From: a virus
Lineage: Duplodnaviria; Heunggongvirae; Uroviricota; Caudoviricetes
Direction: 5' to 3' (one strand)
IMG/VR virus record: IMGVR_UViG_2917413769_000005
Length of the DNA stretch: 30,838 bases
Shown here in pieces: positions 7,823 to 15,154 of this stretch. The translations under genes and the position numbers were made by a program. Each line of letters starts with the position of its first letter. Position 1 is the first letter of the stretch. The notes beneath the pieces were generated by a model. That model saw nothing but the letters and a program-made list of their open reading frames with translations. It ran no database searches and had not been told where the DNA came from.

Positions 7823-7936
7823 ATCTTCCGGAACACACCGCCATAACTGACTGTGCTACAGCACCGTTAAAAATGACTGTACTCGATACGCACGGCCAGC
7901 ACGGTTATAACCGGCCATACGTGCCGGAATGAAAAC

Positions 7937-8533
7937 TTATTCCGGCTTATCCGGCCAGATGATATCCGGCGCTTTTGACGTGTCCACCGCCTGCACGGCT
8001 TTGATGTAGTGCATCCAGACGATCAGGCTAGTTTTATCTTCATCGCTGATAATGCCTAACTGTAGCTCCGTCTGCCAGAGACTGATCGTTGCCTGACCCC
8101 CACTCAATAACGCTGTTTTCTGTTGCTCTGCCGCTTCCACGTCCGCCGCGTGCTGCGCTTTGGTATCCGTCACCCACTCGCTACCGTTCCACGTATCGTA
8201 TGGCGTAGACGGTGCCAGCGTAGTGGTTTTTTCCGGATAATCACCCGGCGCAGTAATGGAAACCTCTTCACCTGTTTCAGTGCTGTATACCGTTTCGCCA
8301 CGATGATCAGCAACGTATTCCCACGCTTTCAAATCGGCTGTCCGGCAAATAGCCGAACCGGCTTTAGCCTCGCCCGGGGCGTCAGTACAGGAATTTGCGG
8401 GAAGACCTACTCCTATAGCCAAATACTCAACTGATGAAGAAAGGTATTCTCGCGTCTCGCCCTCGTAGTTAAACACTGTGATTTCACCTGCCACCGTGGC
8501 AATAAGTTCACTGTTTAATTTTGCCTGCGTCAT
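7937..8533 (-). CDS. G: tail fibre assembly protein (gpG/Tfa family)
   Basis: 198 aa. It sits immediately downstream of the fibre gene with an overlapping ATGA junction. The C-terminal ...QTELQLGIISDEDKTSLIVWMHYIKAVQAVD... is typical of Tfa chaperones. Confidence 0.8.
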   Translation of the reverse strand: MTQAKLNSELIATVAGEITVFNYEGETREYLSSSVEYLAIGVGLPANSCTDAPGEAKAGSAICRTADLKAWEYVADHRGETVYSTETGEEVSITAPGDYPEKTTTLAPSTPYDTWNGSEWVTDTKAQHAADVEAAEQQKTALLSGGQATISLWQTELQLGIISDEDKTSLIVWMHYIKAVQAVDTSKAPDIIWPDKPE

Positions 8534-9555
8534 TATGCGGCCCTCACAATGTAGTTAAACGCGACGTTACGTGGGCGTGTTTCCGCGCCGCCAGTATTGC
8601 CAACCCGGCCTTTTGTATGCAACGTAGGTGAAGCAATCAAAGTTCCGGGCGCTGCCGCGTCAATCCCTCGCCCTTGCACGTATGTTGATTTAACGATTAC
8701 CCCGATATCCCATTCATCCGTAGTATCGTAACCTTCATTTGCCACGATAATATGTCGGTGCTTTTCCAGCATTCCCAATTCTGTACTTAACAAACCCCGA
8801 CCAGAGTTGACACCGCGCCCATCATCCCAGCCCCGCAAAAATTCGCCTCGCAGATCTGGCAATTTGCCAGTTGAGTAAACTTTTGCCAGCTTCGGATATT
8901 TTGCTGTATCAAATGTTGCGCCGTTACACTTTAACCACCCCTCTGGAGGCGTTGCCTGCGGCCACGGAAGCGGAAAGCCCACAGGGATATATTTATCAAT
9001 ATCCGCTGTTTTGAGATATTGGGGGTGCGGGTCAGCGGCGGCAAGATGTGCGGCCAGTTGCTGATCCACATATGCCTTCACTTCAATAACGGCATCATCA
9101 ACATATTTACGGGTTGCCAGCACCACGGACGGATCGATTTTCAGCGTTACCGCCTCGGTACTGCTGACGATCAGGATTACGCGAATGACCTGCACGCGCC
9201 CGCTGCCTTCCTGCAACTGCGGTTTGTAGGTCTCAGCACAGTTGGCAACCGCAATCATATCGCCGTCTTTATCAAACAGGCCGATCTCACGGATCCACCA
9301 CCCGCCCACGTCTTCAGGTATAACCTGTTCCGCAATAATCTGATTGGTGTTTACGGGATCGATAGTCAGCATGTTCAGTTGCGCGCGGCGCAGCTCATGC
9401 GTCAGCGCGGTTTGTGCCGGGTTCGGTGTCGGCAGCACACCATTGCCATCACCCACGGCCATCTGGGTGATCTCAACCTTCGCACCCAATGCCGTGGCGT
9501 TTGCCAGCTTTGCCGCCCCGATGTTGGTTAACAGGGCAAAATATTTAGTCGCCAC
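8533..9555 (-). CDS. H: tail fibre protein gpH (short form with C-terminal tail-collar-like domain)
   Basis: The N-terminus (V)ATKYFALLTNIGAAKLANATALG...MAVGDGNG...WWIREIGLFDKDGDMIAVANCAETYKPQLQEGSG matches the conserved P2 H N-terminal domain. The C-terminus LPDLRGEFLRGWDDGRG...NVAFNYIVRA looks like a phage tail collar domain. Start taken as GTG 9555, overlapping the I stop. Confidence 0.8.
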   Translation of the reverse strand: MATKYFALLTNIGAAKLANATALGAKVEITQMAVGDGNGVLPTPNPAQTALTHELRRAQLNMLTIDPVNTNQIIAEQVIPEDVGGWWIREIGLFDKDGDMIAVANCAETYKPQLQEGSGRVQVIRVILIVSSTEAVTLKIDPSVVLATRKYVDDAVIEVKAYVDQQLAAHLAAADPHPQYLKTADIDKYIPVGFPLPWPQATPPEGWLKCNGATFDTAKYPKLAKVYSTGKLPDLRGEFLRGWDDGRGVNSGRGLLSTELGMLEKHRHIIVANEGYDTTDEWDIGVIVKSTYVQGRGIDAAAPGTLIASPTLHTKGRVGNTGGAETRPRNVAFNYIVRAA

Positions 9556-10159
9556 TTGCGATCTCCACGGTATCAATTAAATGGACTGCCGCGCCGGTGT
9601 AGTCACCACCGCCCACGGATATGGTTTCCGGAAAATAAGGGTAAACGGTCAGCGTATCGCCGATATAACATCCCGCCCCGACTTCGATATACCCCTGCGA
9701 CTGAAGCGAAAGGGACAGGCCAGTCAGGTGGCGACTTCTCGGCTTTGCATCGTCAATAAGGCGCTCAAGCTCAAGATAGGTTTCCTCCGTAATCCCCTGT
9801 TCCTGAATACCGATTTCAAGCTTGAATGTTCCCGGTTCTTCGCCGCTTTGCCACCACTCGATCACGCGCAGCAGAAAGCCGAAAGGTTCAACGACGCGGC
9901 GCAAAGCGGAAATGGTGCCCTTCTGACGGTGAACCAGCCAGGAAGCTTTAATCACCTGCCGTTTAGTCTGTTCTGACCAGTTCTTATCCCAGCGGTCAAC
10001 AGACAGCGCCCAGGCGAGATAAGGCAGAAGATCAGCCGGACATTCGTCCGGGTTCCACAGCTTGCGCAGGTCAACAGGAATATCGGTAAGCCGTTCCGTC
10101 ACCTTCTCCGTACTGCGCATAAAACCGCTGGCCGAAGGCGGCAGCATGTTGTTATTCAT
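9545..10159 (-). CDS. I: baseplate/tail fibre attachment protein gpI
   Basis: LWNPDECPADLLPYLAWALSVDRWD...KGTISALRRVVEPFGF...PGTFKLEIG...DAKPRSRHL is collinear with P2 gpI. The ATG at 10159 overlaps the J stop (ATGAATAA). Confidence 0.85.
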   Translation of the reverse strand: MNNNMLPPSASGFMRSTEKVTERLTDIPVDLRKLWNPDECPADLLPYLAWALSVDRWDKNWSEQTKRQVIKASWLVHRQKGTISALRRVVEPFGFLLRVIEWWQSGEEPGTFKLEIGIQEQGITEETYLELERLIDDAKPRSRHLTGLSLSLQSQGYIEVGAGCYIGDTLTVYPYFPETISVGGGDYTGAAVHLIDTVEIASGD

Positions 10160-11048
10160 CGGTGCCCCCAGTCTCGATCGTGAAGGACTCACACCGCGCC
10201 GCCTGCGTATCGGCGATCACAATATCGCTGGCAGGCTCCAGCAGTTCTACCCTCTGCACGCCCTGAACATGCAGCGCCGCCATAATGGCTGAGCGGGCAA
10301 CGTCACGGCCAATCTTGCCCTGCTGATTCAGCCAGGACTGAAGCGCGTCCTGCGCGGCGGTATGGATTGGTTCAGACTCCGGGCCGGGGTAGAAATACAG
10401 CAGCGCATTGATCTGATAATTCACTATCTCCGCTGCCTGAACGGTCAGACGATCGGCAACGGGGCGCTTATCGTCAGCAGACAGCGCTTTATCCACCGTC
10501 GCCAGCAATTCCGCACTGGCAGTGCCGTCGCCTTCGGTGGACAGCACAGAGACCACCACCACGGCAGGCGACGGGCTGATCGCTTTGGCGTCCGCCACTT
10601 TGCCGCTGGCACTTTTGGCAAAATATTCATATGCGCCAGTTGGCCCCGCCACGCTTAGCCCTTCAAACGCAGCCTGCGCCCGCAAACGCAGTGCGGTATC
10701 ACTTTCCGTTACCGCGTCAGTAGTTGCCGTCTCCGGGTTGATGATCAGGCGTTCGGTGTTCAGGTTGCCCGCGAGATTATCAAGATCGGACGATACGGCA
10801 TGGCTCAACATGCACGCCGCCGCGCCATCATTAATCCGCTGCCTGAGCATCATTTCACGGTAGGCAACCACCTGGGCGATCACGTTCAGCGGTTCGGATT
10901 CCAGCTCCAGCGCGGCGGCAACAGAAACCTGCTGTTCCTGCGGGAATGCCGCCAGCATGACGGCTTTGACCTCGCTGAGAATGACTTCAAAGTCCAGCAC
11001 TTCGATAATTTGCGGCTGCGGTAGCTGCGATAAATCAACTGTTGCCAT
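10152..11048 (-). CDS. J: baseplate wedge protein gpJ
   Basis: MATVDLSQLPQPQIIEVLDFEVIL...AFEGLSVAGPTGAYEY...RPVADRLTVQAAEIVNYQINALLYFYPGPESEPI...HVQGVQRVEL resembles P2 gpJ. AGGAG lies 8 nt upstream of the ATG at 11048. Confidence 0.9.
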   Translation of the reverse strand: MATVDLSQLPQPQIIEVLDFEVILSEVKAVMLAAFPQEQQVSVAAALELESEPLNVIAQVVAYREMMLRQRINDGAAACMLSHAVSSDLDNLAGNLNTERLIINPETATTDAVTESDTALRLRAQAAFEGLSVAGPTGAYEYFAKSASGKVADAKAISPSPAVVVVSVLSTEGDGTASAELLATVDKALSADDKRPVADRLTVQAAEIVNYQINALLYFYPGPESEPIHTAAQDALQSWLNQQGKIGRDVARSAIMAALHVQGVQRVELLEPASDIVIADTQAARCESFTIETGGTDE

Positions 11049-11403
11049 TGCTGCCACTCCTGAGCGTCAGCGCACTGCCTGCCGTCTGCATGGTTTCGGT
11101 GATAATGCCGACCAGTTCAGCGGTGACAACGCCATCCTTTGAATAACTGATATTGATGCCGTTCAGGGCAATACGCGGCTCCCACATCGTCAGGGCGATC
11201 ACCGCCGCACTCATACATTGCAGGCGCGTCACTTCGTTTTGCGGTTCATCCAGCAGATCGGGGATCATGCTGCCATAATCCCGCCGCATCACCCGGCTTG
11301 CCAGCGGCGTGGTCAGTATGTCGCGCACTGAATTCCACAGCTGATCGGTATCGGTAAGCTGGCCCGTGCCGTCCGGGTTCATGCCAATATAGCGGACTGT
11401 CAT
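11035..11403 (-). CDS. W: baseplate wedge protein gpW (GPW/gp25 family)
   Basis: MTVRYIGMN...ILTTPLASRVMRRDYGS...WEPRI resembles P2 gpW. Confidence 0.9.
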   Translation of the reverse strand: MTVRYIGMNPDGTGQLTDTDQLWNSVRDILTTPLASRVMRRDYGSMIPDLLDEPQNEVTRLQCMSAAVIALTMWEPRIALNGINISYSKDGVVTAELVGIITETMQTAGSALTLRSGSNGNS

Positions 11404-11981
11404 TTCGGCCCCCCGGTGTTGCTGCTGCCACCCTGCACACCACTATGTACGTGCGAATGAACCGTCACCCCGTTAGACGTAAGCGATCCGCCAGAATGGG
11501 TAACATTGCCCTTCATCGTGCCGCCCTCCGACAGTTCGAACGTCCGCGCTTTCAGATGGTCGGTACATTCTACAATCGGTGTTTCAAGCGTGACGCTGGC
11601 AGAGGCTTTGATATGTGCTGTCTTCATGCCCTGCGCTTCCAGCGCGCTGGCTTCTGCGTCATAGCGGAAAGAGGCTCCGTCTGGCGCTGTCAGCACAATC
11701 TCTTTCAGGCTGCTGCCCGGCGCAGGGTTGTCACTGCTGTAGAGACTGCCGATAATGACCGCTGTTTCAGGGTTGCCACCGATACAGCCCAGCCAGACCT
11801 GCTCACCCACGGAAGGCGGCACCCAGATACTGAATGCTCCGGCGCGCGTGGTGTTCCAGCGCAGCCAGTCGGTCTGAAGCTCGCCGCTTTGCACGCGCAC
11901 GCGCCAGCTCTCTTCATCAACAGCAATAACGACGCCGACGCGGAGGATATTTTCCAGCAGGCGGATCAGTTCAGCGCTCAT
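11400..11981 (-). CDS. V: baseplate central spike protein gpV
   Basis: RVQSGELQTDWLRW...WVPPSVGEQV...GSLYSSDNPAP...HSHVHSGVQGGSSNTGGP is collinear with P2 gpV. Confidence 0.9.
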   Translation of the reverse strand: MSAELIRLLENILRVGVVIAVDEESWRVRVQSGELQTDWLRWNTTRAGAFSIWVPPSVGEQVWLGCIGGNPETAVIIGSLYSSDNPAPGSSLKEIVLTAPDGASFRYDAEASALEAQGMKTAHIKASASVTLETPIVECTDHLKARTFELSEGGTMKGNVTHSGGSLTSNGVTVHSHVHSGVQGGSSNTGGPK

Positions 11982-12616
11982 CGTGCGGCACTCCCCAGGC
12001 TGTTAACCACCTGTTCCGTAATCATCCGCTCATCGCCAGCGGTAAAGCCCAGCAGCTCACGCACCGGATATTTAGCAAAGGCACCCGGCCCGACCTGATC
12101 GCGCTGGCCGTACTGGTGCACACGCGCAATGCGTGCCACCACACCGTCATAACCCACGGAAGTGCCGCCAGCATCAGCGCGCATTTTGAGAAAGCGATAG
12201 CTGCGCAGCCTCTGAAACATCGGCACTTTCTTTGCGGTGCTGCGGCGCACTGAGCGTGTATTGATCTCGATGTAACGCTCAATGTCGCTGCGGTAAAAGG
12301 TGCGAATATCGTTGCGCTCTTCGTCAAAGCCGGTAATGGTTCGCCCGTATTTTCCCCGGCCACCGTGCCAGTTTTTGAGGCGGCGGATCTCGCCCTGCCA
12401 GACAAACACAATGCCCTGTTGAGAACGTAGCACCCGGCGACGGCGGGCAGGATATGGCGAGCCTTCCGGGTTTTGCTGGGCTTTAATGCGCTGTTGCTGG
12501 CTCTTTCGCAGTGCCTGACCAACCGCGCGGGCGGTGCGAATACGTCCGGCCTGAGAGGTGCCCGCCAGTATGTCGCTGAAGACCTGATCCAGCTCACGGA
12601 AGAGATCGTTACTCAT
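11978..12616 (-). CDS. S: tail completion / virion morphogenesis protein gpS (long variant, 212 aa)
   Basis: QQQRIKAQQNPEGSPYPARR ... ARVHQYGQRDQV...YPVRELLGFTAGDERMI matches the gpS family pattern. ATGA-type overlaps occur with both R and V. Confidence 0.8.
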   Translation of the reverse strand: MSNDLFRELDQVFSDILAGTSQAGRIRTARAVGQALRKSQQQRIKAQQNPEGSPYPARRRRVLRSQQGIVFVWQGEIRRLKNWHGGRGKYGRTITGFDEERNDIRTFYRSDIERYIEINTRSVRRSTAKKVPMFQRLRSYRFLKMRADAGGTSVGYDGVVARIARVHQYGQRDQVGPGAFAKYPVRELLGFTAGDERMITEQVVNSLGSAAR

Positions 12617-13079
12617 GGGCGTCAGCCTCCCATGTCACATCCTCAAAGATGGCGCTCCAGTCACCGTCCGCTGACGGGATGCGCGGCTTAGGCTCCGGCA
12701 AATGTTCCGCGCGCGGAATGCCGTTTGCATCCAGAGTGACCTTCACGCGCTCGCGCAGCGGCATTTCAAAAAGAATGTCGGCGGTATCGTCGTTGTTGAT
12801 AAGGGTCGTAAATTTAATGTCCCGGTTTTTCTCAGGGTTCAGCAGCAGATCGGGCTGGTTGTGCCAGAGCCATGCCATTAACGGCAACGTGAAATCATCA
12901 ATATCACCGGCAAAATTCATCACAAACAGCACCAGGGTATAACGGTACATAAACGATGGTGTTTCGCCGGTCGTCTCGATGTTCCCTTCTTCCACAAAAA
13001 CGGTGAAGGCTTCAGGGTTGGCCCTGCACCATTTGTTAGCGCTGGTCAGGGTCTCGCGGAGTGAATCAGCTTTTAACAT
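12609..13079 (-). CDS. R: tail completion protein gpR
   Basis: MLKADSLRETLTSA...NPEAFTVFVEEGNI...MAWLWHNQPDLL parallels P2 gpR (MLKPDSLRRALTDA...NPDMLRIFVDNGSI...LAWLRENQPDI). Confidence 0.85.
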   Translation of the reverse strand: MLKADSLRETLTSANKWCRANPEAFTVFVEEGNIETTGETPSFMYRYTLVLFVMNFAGDIDDFTLPLMAWLWHNQPDLLLNPEKNRDIKFTTLINNDDTADILFEMPLRERVKVTLDANGIPRAEHLPEPKPRIPSADGDWSAIFEDVTWEADAHE

Positions 13080-13083
13080 GGCG

Positions 13084-13614
13084 CTACCTCTTAGGCGGAG
13101 TCGCTATTGAACCGTATGCGGCTTCACAGGCCAGCCCTCTGGCTCTTGCCTCATCAGCCTCTCTTGCCAGCTCTCCCGCTCGCTCGTCAGCGCGGCGGAA
13201 CAGGTCGGCGAGCAATACGGCTCCGCTGGTTTCTGTCTCGCCTCTGCCGGTAGTACCGGCACCGCAGGCGCGTTCACGTTCTTCCAGTTGCTTAGCGAGT
13301 TTATCGGCCCTGTCGTGCAGCCCACGAGAAGCAGCACGGGCACGATCGGCATCAGCCTGGACGCCAGCAAGCTGCTGGCGGGCTTGTTTTCTGATCTCAT
13401 CAACTTCCCCCTGTCGGCGTTGTTCTTCTTCCCTGGCCTCTACCTGACGCTTAGCCAGTTCTGTAGCATCGTCAGCATCACGCTGTTTCCATTTCAGCGC
13501 CCAGGCCGTATTAGCCTGACGGGTGCCGTGCCATGAACCAGAAAAGAACGCGCCCCCCAGAATTAGCGCAACCAGAAGGACGCGCCAGTGTGACCTGAAC
13601 CATGCCGGAATCAT
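13084..13614 (-). CDS. i-spanin (Rz/LysB-like)
   Basis: Start MIPAWFRSHWRVLLVALILGGAFFSG gives an N-terminal TM anchor, followed by a charged coiled-coil periplasmic domain. The ATGA overlaps the endolysin stop. It is the last gene of the lysis cassette. Confidence 0.75.
   Translation of the reverse strand: MIPAWFRSHWRVLLVALILGGAFFSGSWHGTRQANTAWALKWKQRDADDATELAKRQVEAREEEQRRQGEVDEIRKQARQQLAGVQADADRARAASRGLHDRADKLAKQLEERERACGAGTTGRGETETSGAVLLADLFRRADERAGELAREADEARARGLACEAAYGSIATPPKR
13104..13403 (-). CDS. o-spanin (Rz1/LysC-like outer-membrane lipoprotein) embedded in the i-spanin gene
   Basis: Alternate-frame ORF wholly inside 13084-13614. ...MPIVPVLLLVGCTTGP has an L-V-G-C lipobox followed by a Pro-rich short mature peptide. 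The start is either 13403 or the internal ATG at 13352. Confidence 0.65.
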   Translation of the reverse strand: MMRSENKPASSLLASRLMPIVPVLLLVGCTTGPINSLSNWKNVNAPAVPVLPAEARQKPAEPYCSPTCSAALTSERESWQERLMRQEPEGWPVKPHTVQ

Positions 13615-14000
13615 GCAGGGTAAACCGCATAAGGTAGCTGGAAGTGCGGCCCATCTTTCAGGGTCTTCCAGTCGCCGCCCCATTCAACGGGAATATTCAG
13701 CTCTTTGCCTGCCTGTTTGAAGGCGTCGGAAATCTGCTGGTAATATTTCCAGTCCCATGAGCCTGCCGGAGTGGGGTACGCAAACACATCCACCGCATGG
13801 CCTGAAATATGCCTGCTGTTCATCGTCTGGCTTTTCCCCTCAGCAACAAGCTGTTTTTGCCGCTCAACAGAGCGCAACCCTTCGGTGATACCAAAATCGA
13901 CGGCTGAAATCTGAAGGGCACGACGGACGATTTTCACAAGGTCAGCGTTAACACCTTTCAGGTTATTTTCACTTCTCTGACTGAATTTAAATTCACTCAT
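13611..14000 (-). CDS. endolysin, peptidase M15 (L-alanyl-D-glutamate / VanY-like) family
   Basis: MSEFKFSQRSENNLKGV...SRHISGHAVDV...WGGDW...DGPHFQL shows the H-x(6)-D ... H zinc-peptidase pattern of M15 endolysins. Start at the ATG at 14000 (GGGGAG/AAGGAA SD), overlapping the holin stop. Confidence 0.8.
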   Translation of the reverse strand: MSEFKFSQRSENNLKGVNADLVKIVRRALQISAVDFGITEGLRSVERQKQLVAEGKSQTMNSRHISGHAVDVFAYPTPAGSWDWKYYQQISDAFKQAGKELNIPVEWGGDWKTLKDGPHFQLPYAVYPA

Positions 14001-14322
14001 TTCCTTTCGCTCCCCCGATACGGGTTTCAATAAAGCCGGTCACTTTGTTGCGTACCTTGTCAGCCCCCATAAATCCGATTGACGCACCCACGAAGGTGAC
14101 GGCATTGGATGGCAGGCCCAGATATTCAAGCGATCCGGCAACCGCCAGCGTGACAATCCCGCAGACCAGTGAACCGGTGGCGGTTTTCAGCATTGACTGG
14201 CCGTCATACAGACTCATCAGCGCCGATATGCTCAACGCTGCACCTGCCGCGTAGAGCGTCGGCAGATATGTAGCAATCCATTTCATTGTTTGTTCCAGCA
14301 TCCCCGTAGGTACGTCGCTCAT
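13993..14322 (-). CDS. holin, lambda S-like (class I)
   Basis: GLPSNAVTFVGASIGFMGADKVRNKVTGF aligns by eye with lambda S [29 protein letters not shown]. It has multiple hydrophobic segments and several N-terminal Met codons (M1, M8, M13). Confidence 0.75.
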   Translation of the reverse strand: MSDVPTGMLEQTMKWIATYLPTLYAAGAALSISALMSLYDGQSMLKTATGSLVCGIVTLAVAGSLEYLGLPSNAVTFVGASIGFMGADKVRNKVTGFIETRIGGAKGNE

Positions 14323-14331
14323 GGCAACCTC

Positions 14332-14532
14332 TCAATCCCAAAGCTGCACCATCTCCCGCTGCGCTTTGCTCGCGATTTCCGGCAGTTCAATCTCCTGACC
14401 GGCATCAAGAAAAACCTGCTGGCTCAGTCCGGGATTGGCAGATAACACTTTTTCGGTCACGCCCTGGGTGGTGCCGTAGTGACGCCAGCAAAGCAAATCC
14501 ACCGTATCCCCCTGCAATGCCTTCACTTTCAT
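14332..14532 (-). CDS. X: tail protein gpX (LysM-like)
   Basis: MKVKALQGDTVDLLCWRHYGTTQGVTEKVLSANPGL...VQLWD parallels P2 gpX (MKTFALQGDTLDAICVRYYGRTEGVVETVLAANPGL...). The ATG at 14532 overlaps the L stop; the ORF-track start at 14538 is a TTG. Confidence 0.85.
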   Translation of the reverse strand: MKVKALQGDTVDLLCWRHYGTTQGVTEKVLSANPGLSQQVFLDAGQEIELPEIASKAQREMVQLWD

Positions 14533-15056
14533 CAGCAAAGCTCCGCATAGAGGCGCGGCGTGTCGCGAATGTCGGCAATACTCCAGCGGGCATCCCGCCA
14601 GAGATCATCCCGTTGCAGGTCAAGCGCGGCGGCGTCTTTGTCGCCTTTAGCCGTGGTATCGACATCGCGATAACCTTCAAGTACCAGCGCCCTGGCAATC
14701 GAATAAACCGCACGCAGGAAGCGGTAGACCTTCACGTTTTCACCATTGATCATCAGCTTTTCCATCTCACCTGATGGCAGGGCTGAAGGCACATCTTCCA
14801 GAGTCTGAAAACCTGCTTTGAGCTGACAGGCGCGCCAGTCCAGCAACTGCGAGGTGACATGGGCGACCGCTTCCGTGGTGACGTGCATCAGCCTGGACGT
14901 GGTGATACCACCTGTGATGCGCGCGGCCAGACGGAGATCGGCGAGTTTAATCACCGGCCAGAAGTCCCCGGCACTGACGGTGGTATCACCATCATCAACA
15001 TCTGGGGTATCGCTGTCGGCAGGCAACACGCGCTTATTAGCCACAAGGCTGCTCAT
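14532..15056 (-). CDS. L: head completion/stabilisation protein gpL
   Basis: AGFQTLEDVP...VKVYRFLRAVYSIARALVLEGYRDVDTTAKGDKDA...DDLWRDARWSIADI resembles P2 gpL. Start at the ATG at 15056, preceded by GGGAGA. Confidence 0.85.
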   Translation of the reverse strand: MSSLVANKRVLPADSDTPDVDDGDTTVSAGDFWPVIKLADLRLAARITGGITTSRLMHVTTEAVAHVTSQLLDWRACQLKAGFQTLEDVPSALPSGEMEKLMINGENVKVYRFLRAVYSIARALVLEGYRDVDTTAKGDKDAAALDLQRDDLWRDARWSIADIRDTPRLYAELC

Positions 15057-15075
15057 GCACTTATCTCCCATAAAT

Positions 15076-15135
15076 CAGGCGGTGGGCGGGTGGTTAAAAG
15101 ACCGTAAACGGGCAGATATCCACCCGCGCCGCCTG
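15076..15135 (-). other. large GC-rich stem-loop in the M-L intergenic spacer
   Basis: CAGGCGGTGGGCGGGTGG (15076-15093) pairs with CCACCCGCGCCGCCTG (15120-15135). That gives about 16 bp with a 2-nt bulge and a 26-nt loop, lying just upstream of the L ribosome-binding site. Confidence 0.5.
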
Positions 15136-15154
15136 TCGGACGGGGCCGAAGTCG

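Noticed and set aside
7848-7946. Small repeats in the U-G spacer: TGACTGT x2 (7848, 7874), palindrome CGGTTATAACCG (7902-7913), hairpin GCCGGAAT...ATTCCGGC (7923-7946)
   Set aside because: They are short and individually compatible with chance. The last hairpin overlaps the G stop codon. I looked for matches to the D-FI junction that could indicate an invertase site or an inversion scar and found none.
12022-12597. 191-aa same-strand alternate-frame ORF inside gpS
   Set aside because: Unlike the alternate frame in the methyltransferase gene, it shows no repeated or recognisable motifs. It is Arg/Ala/Cys-rich and lacks an SD, so I treat it as chance.
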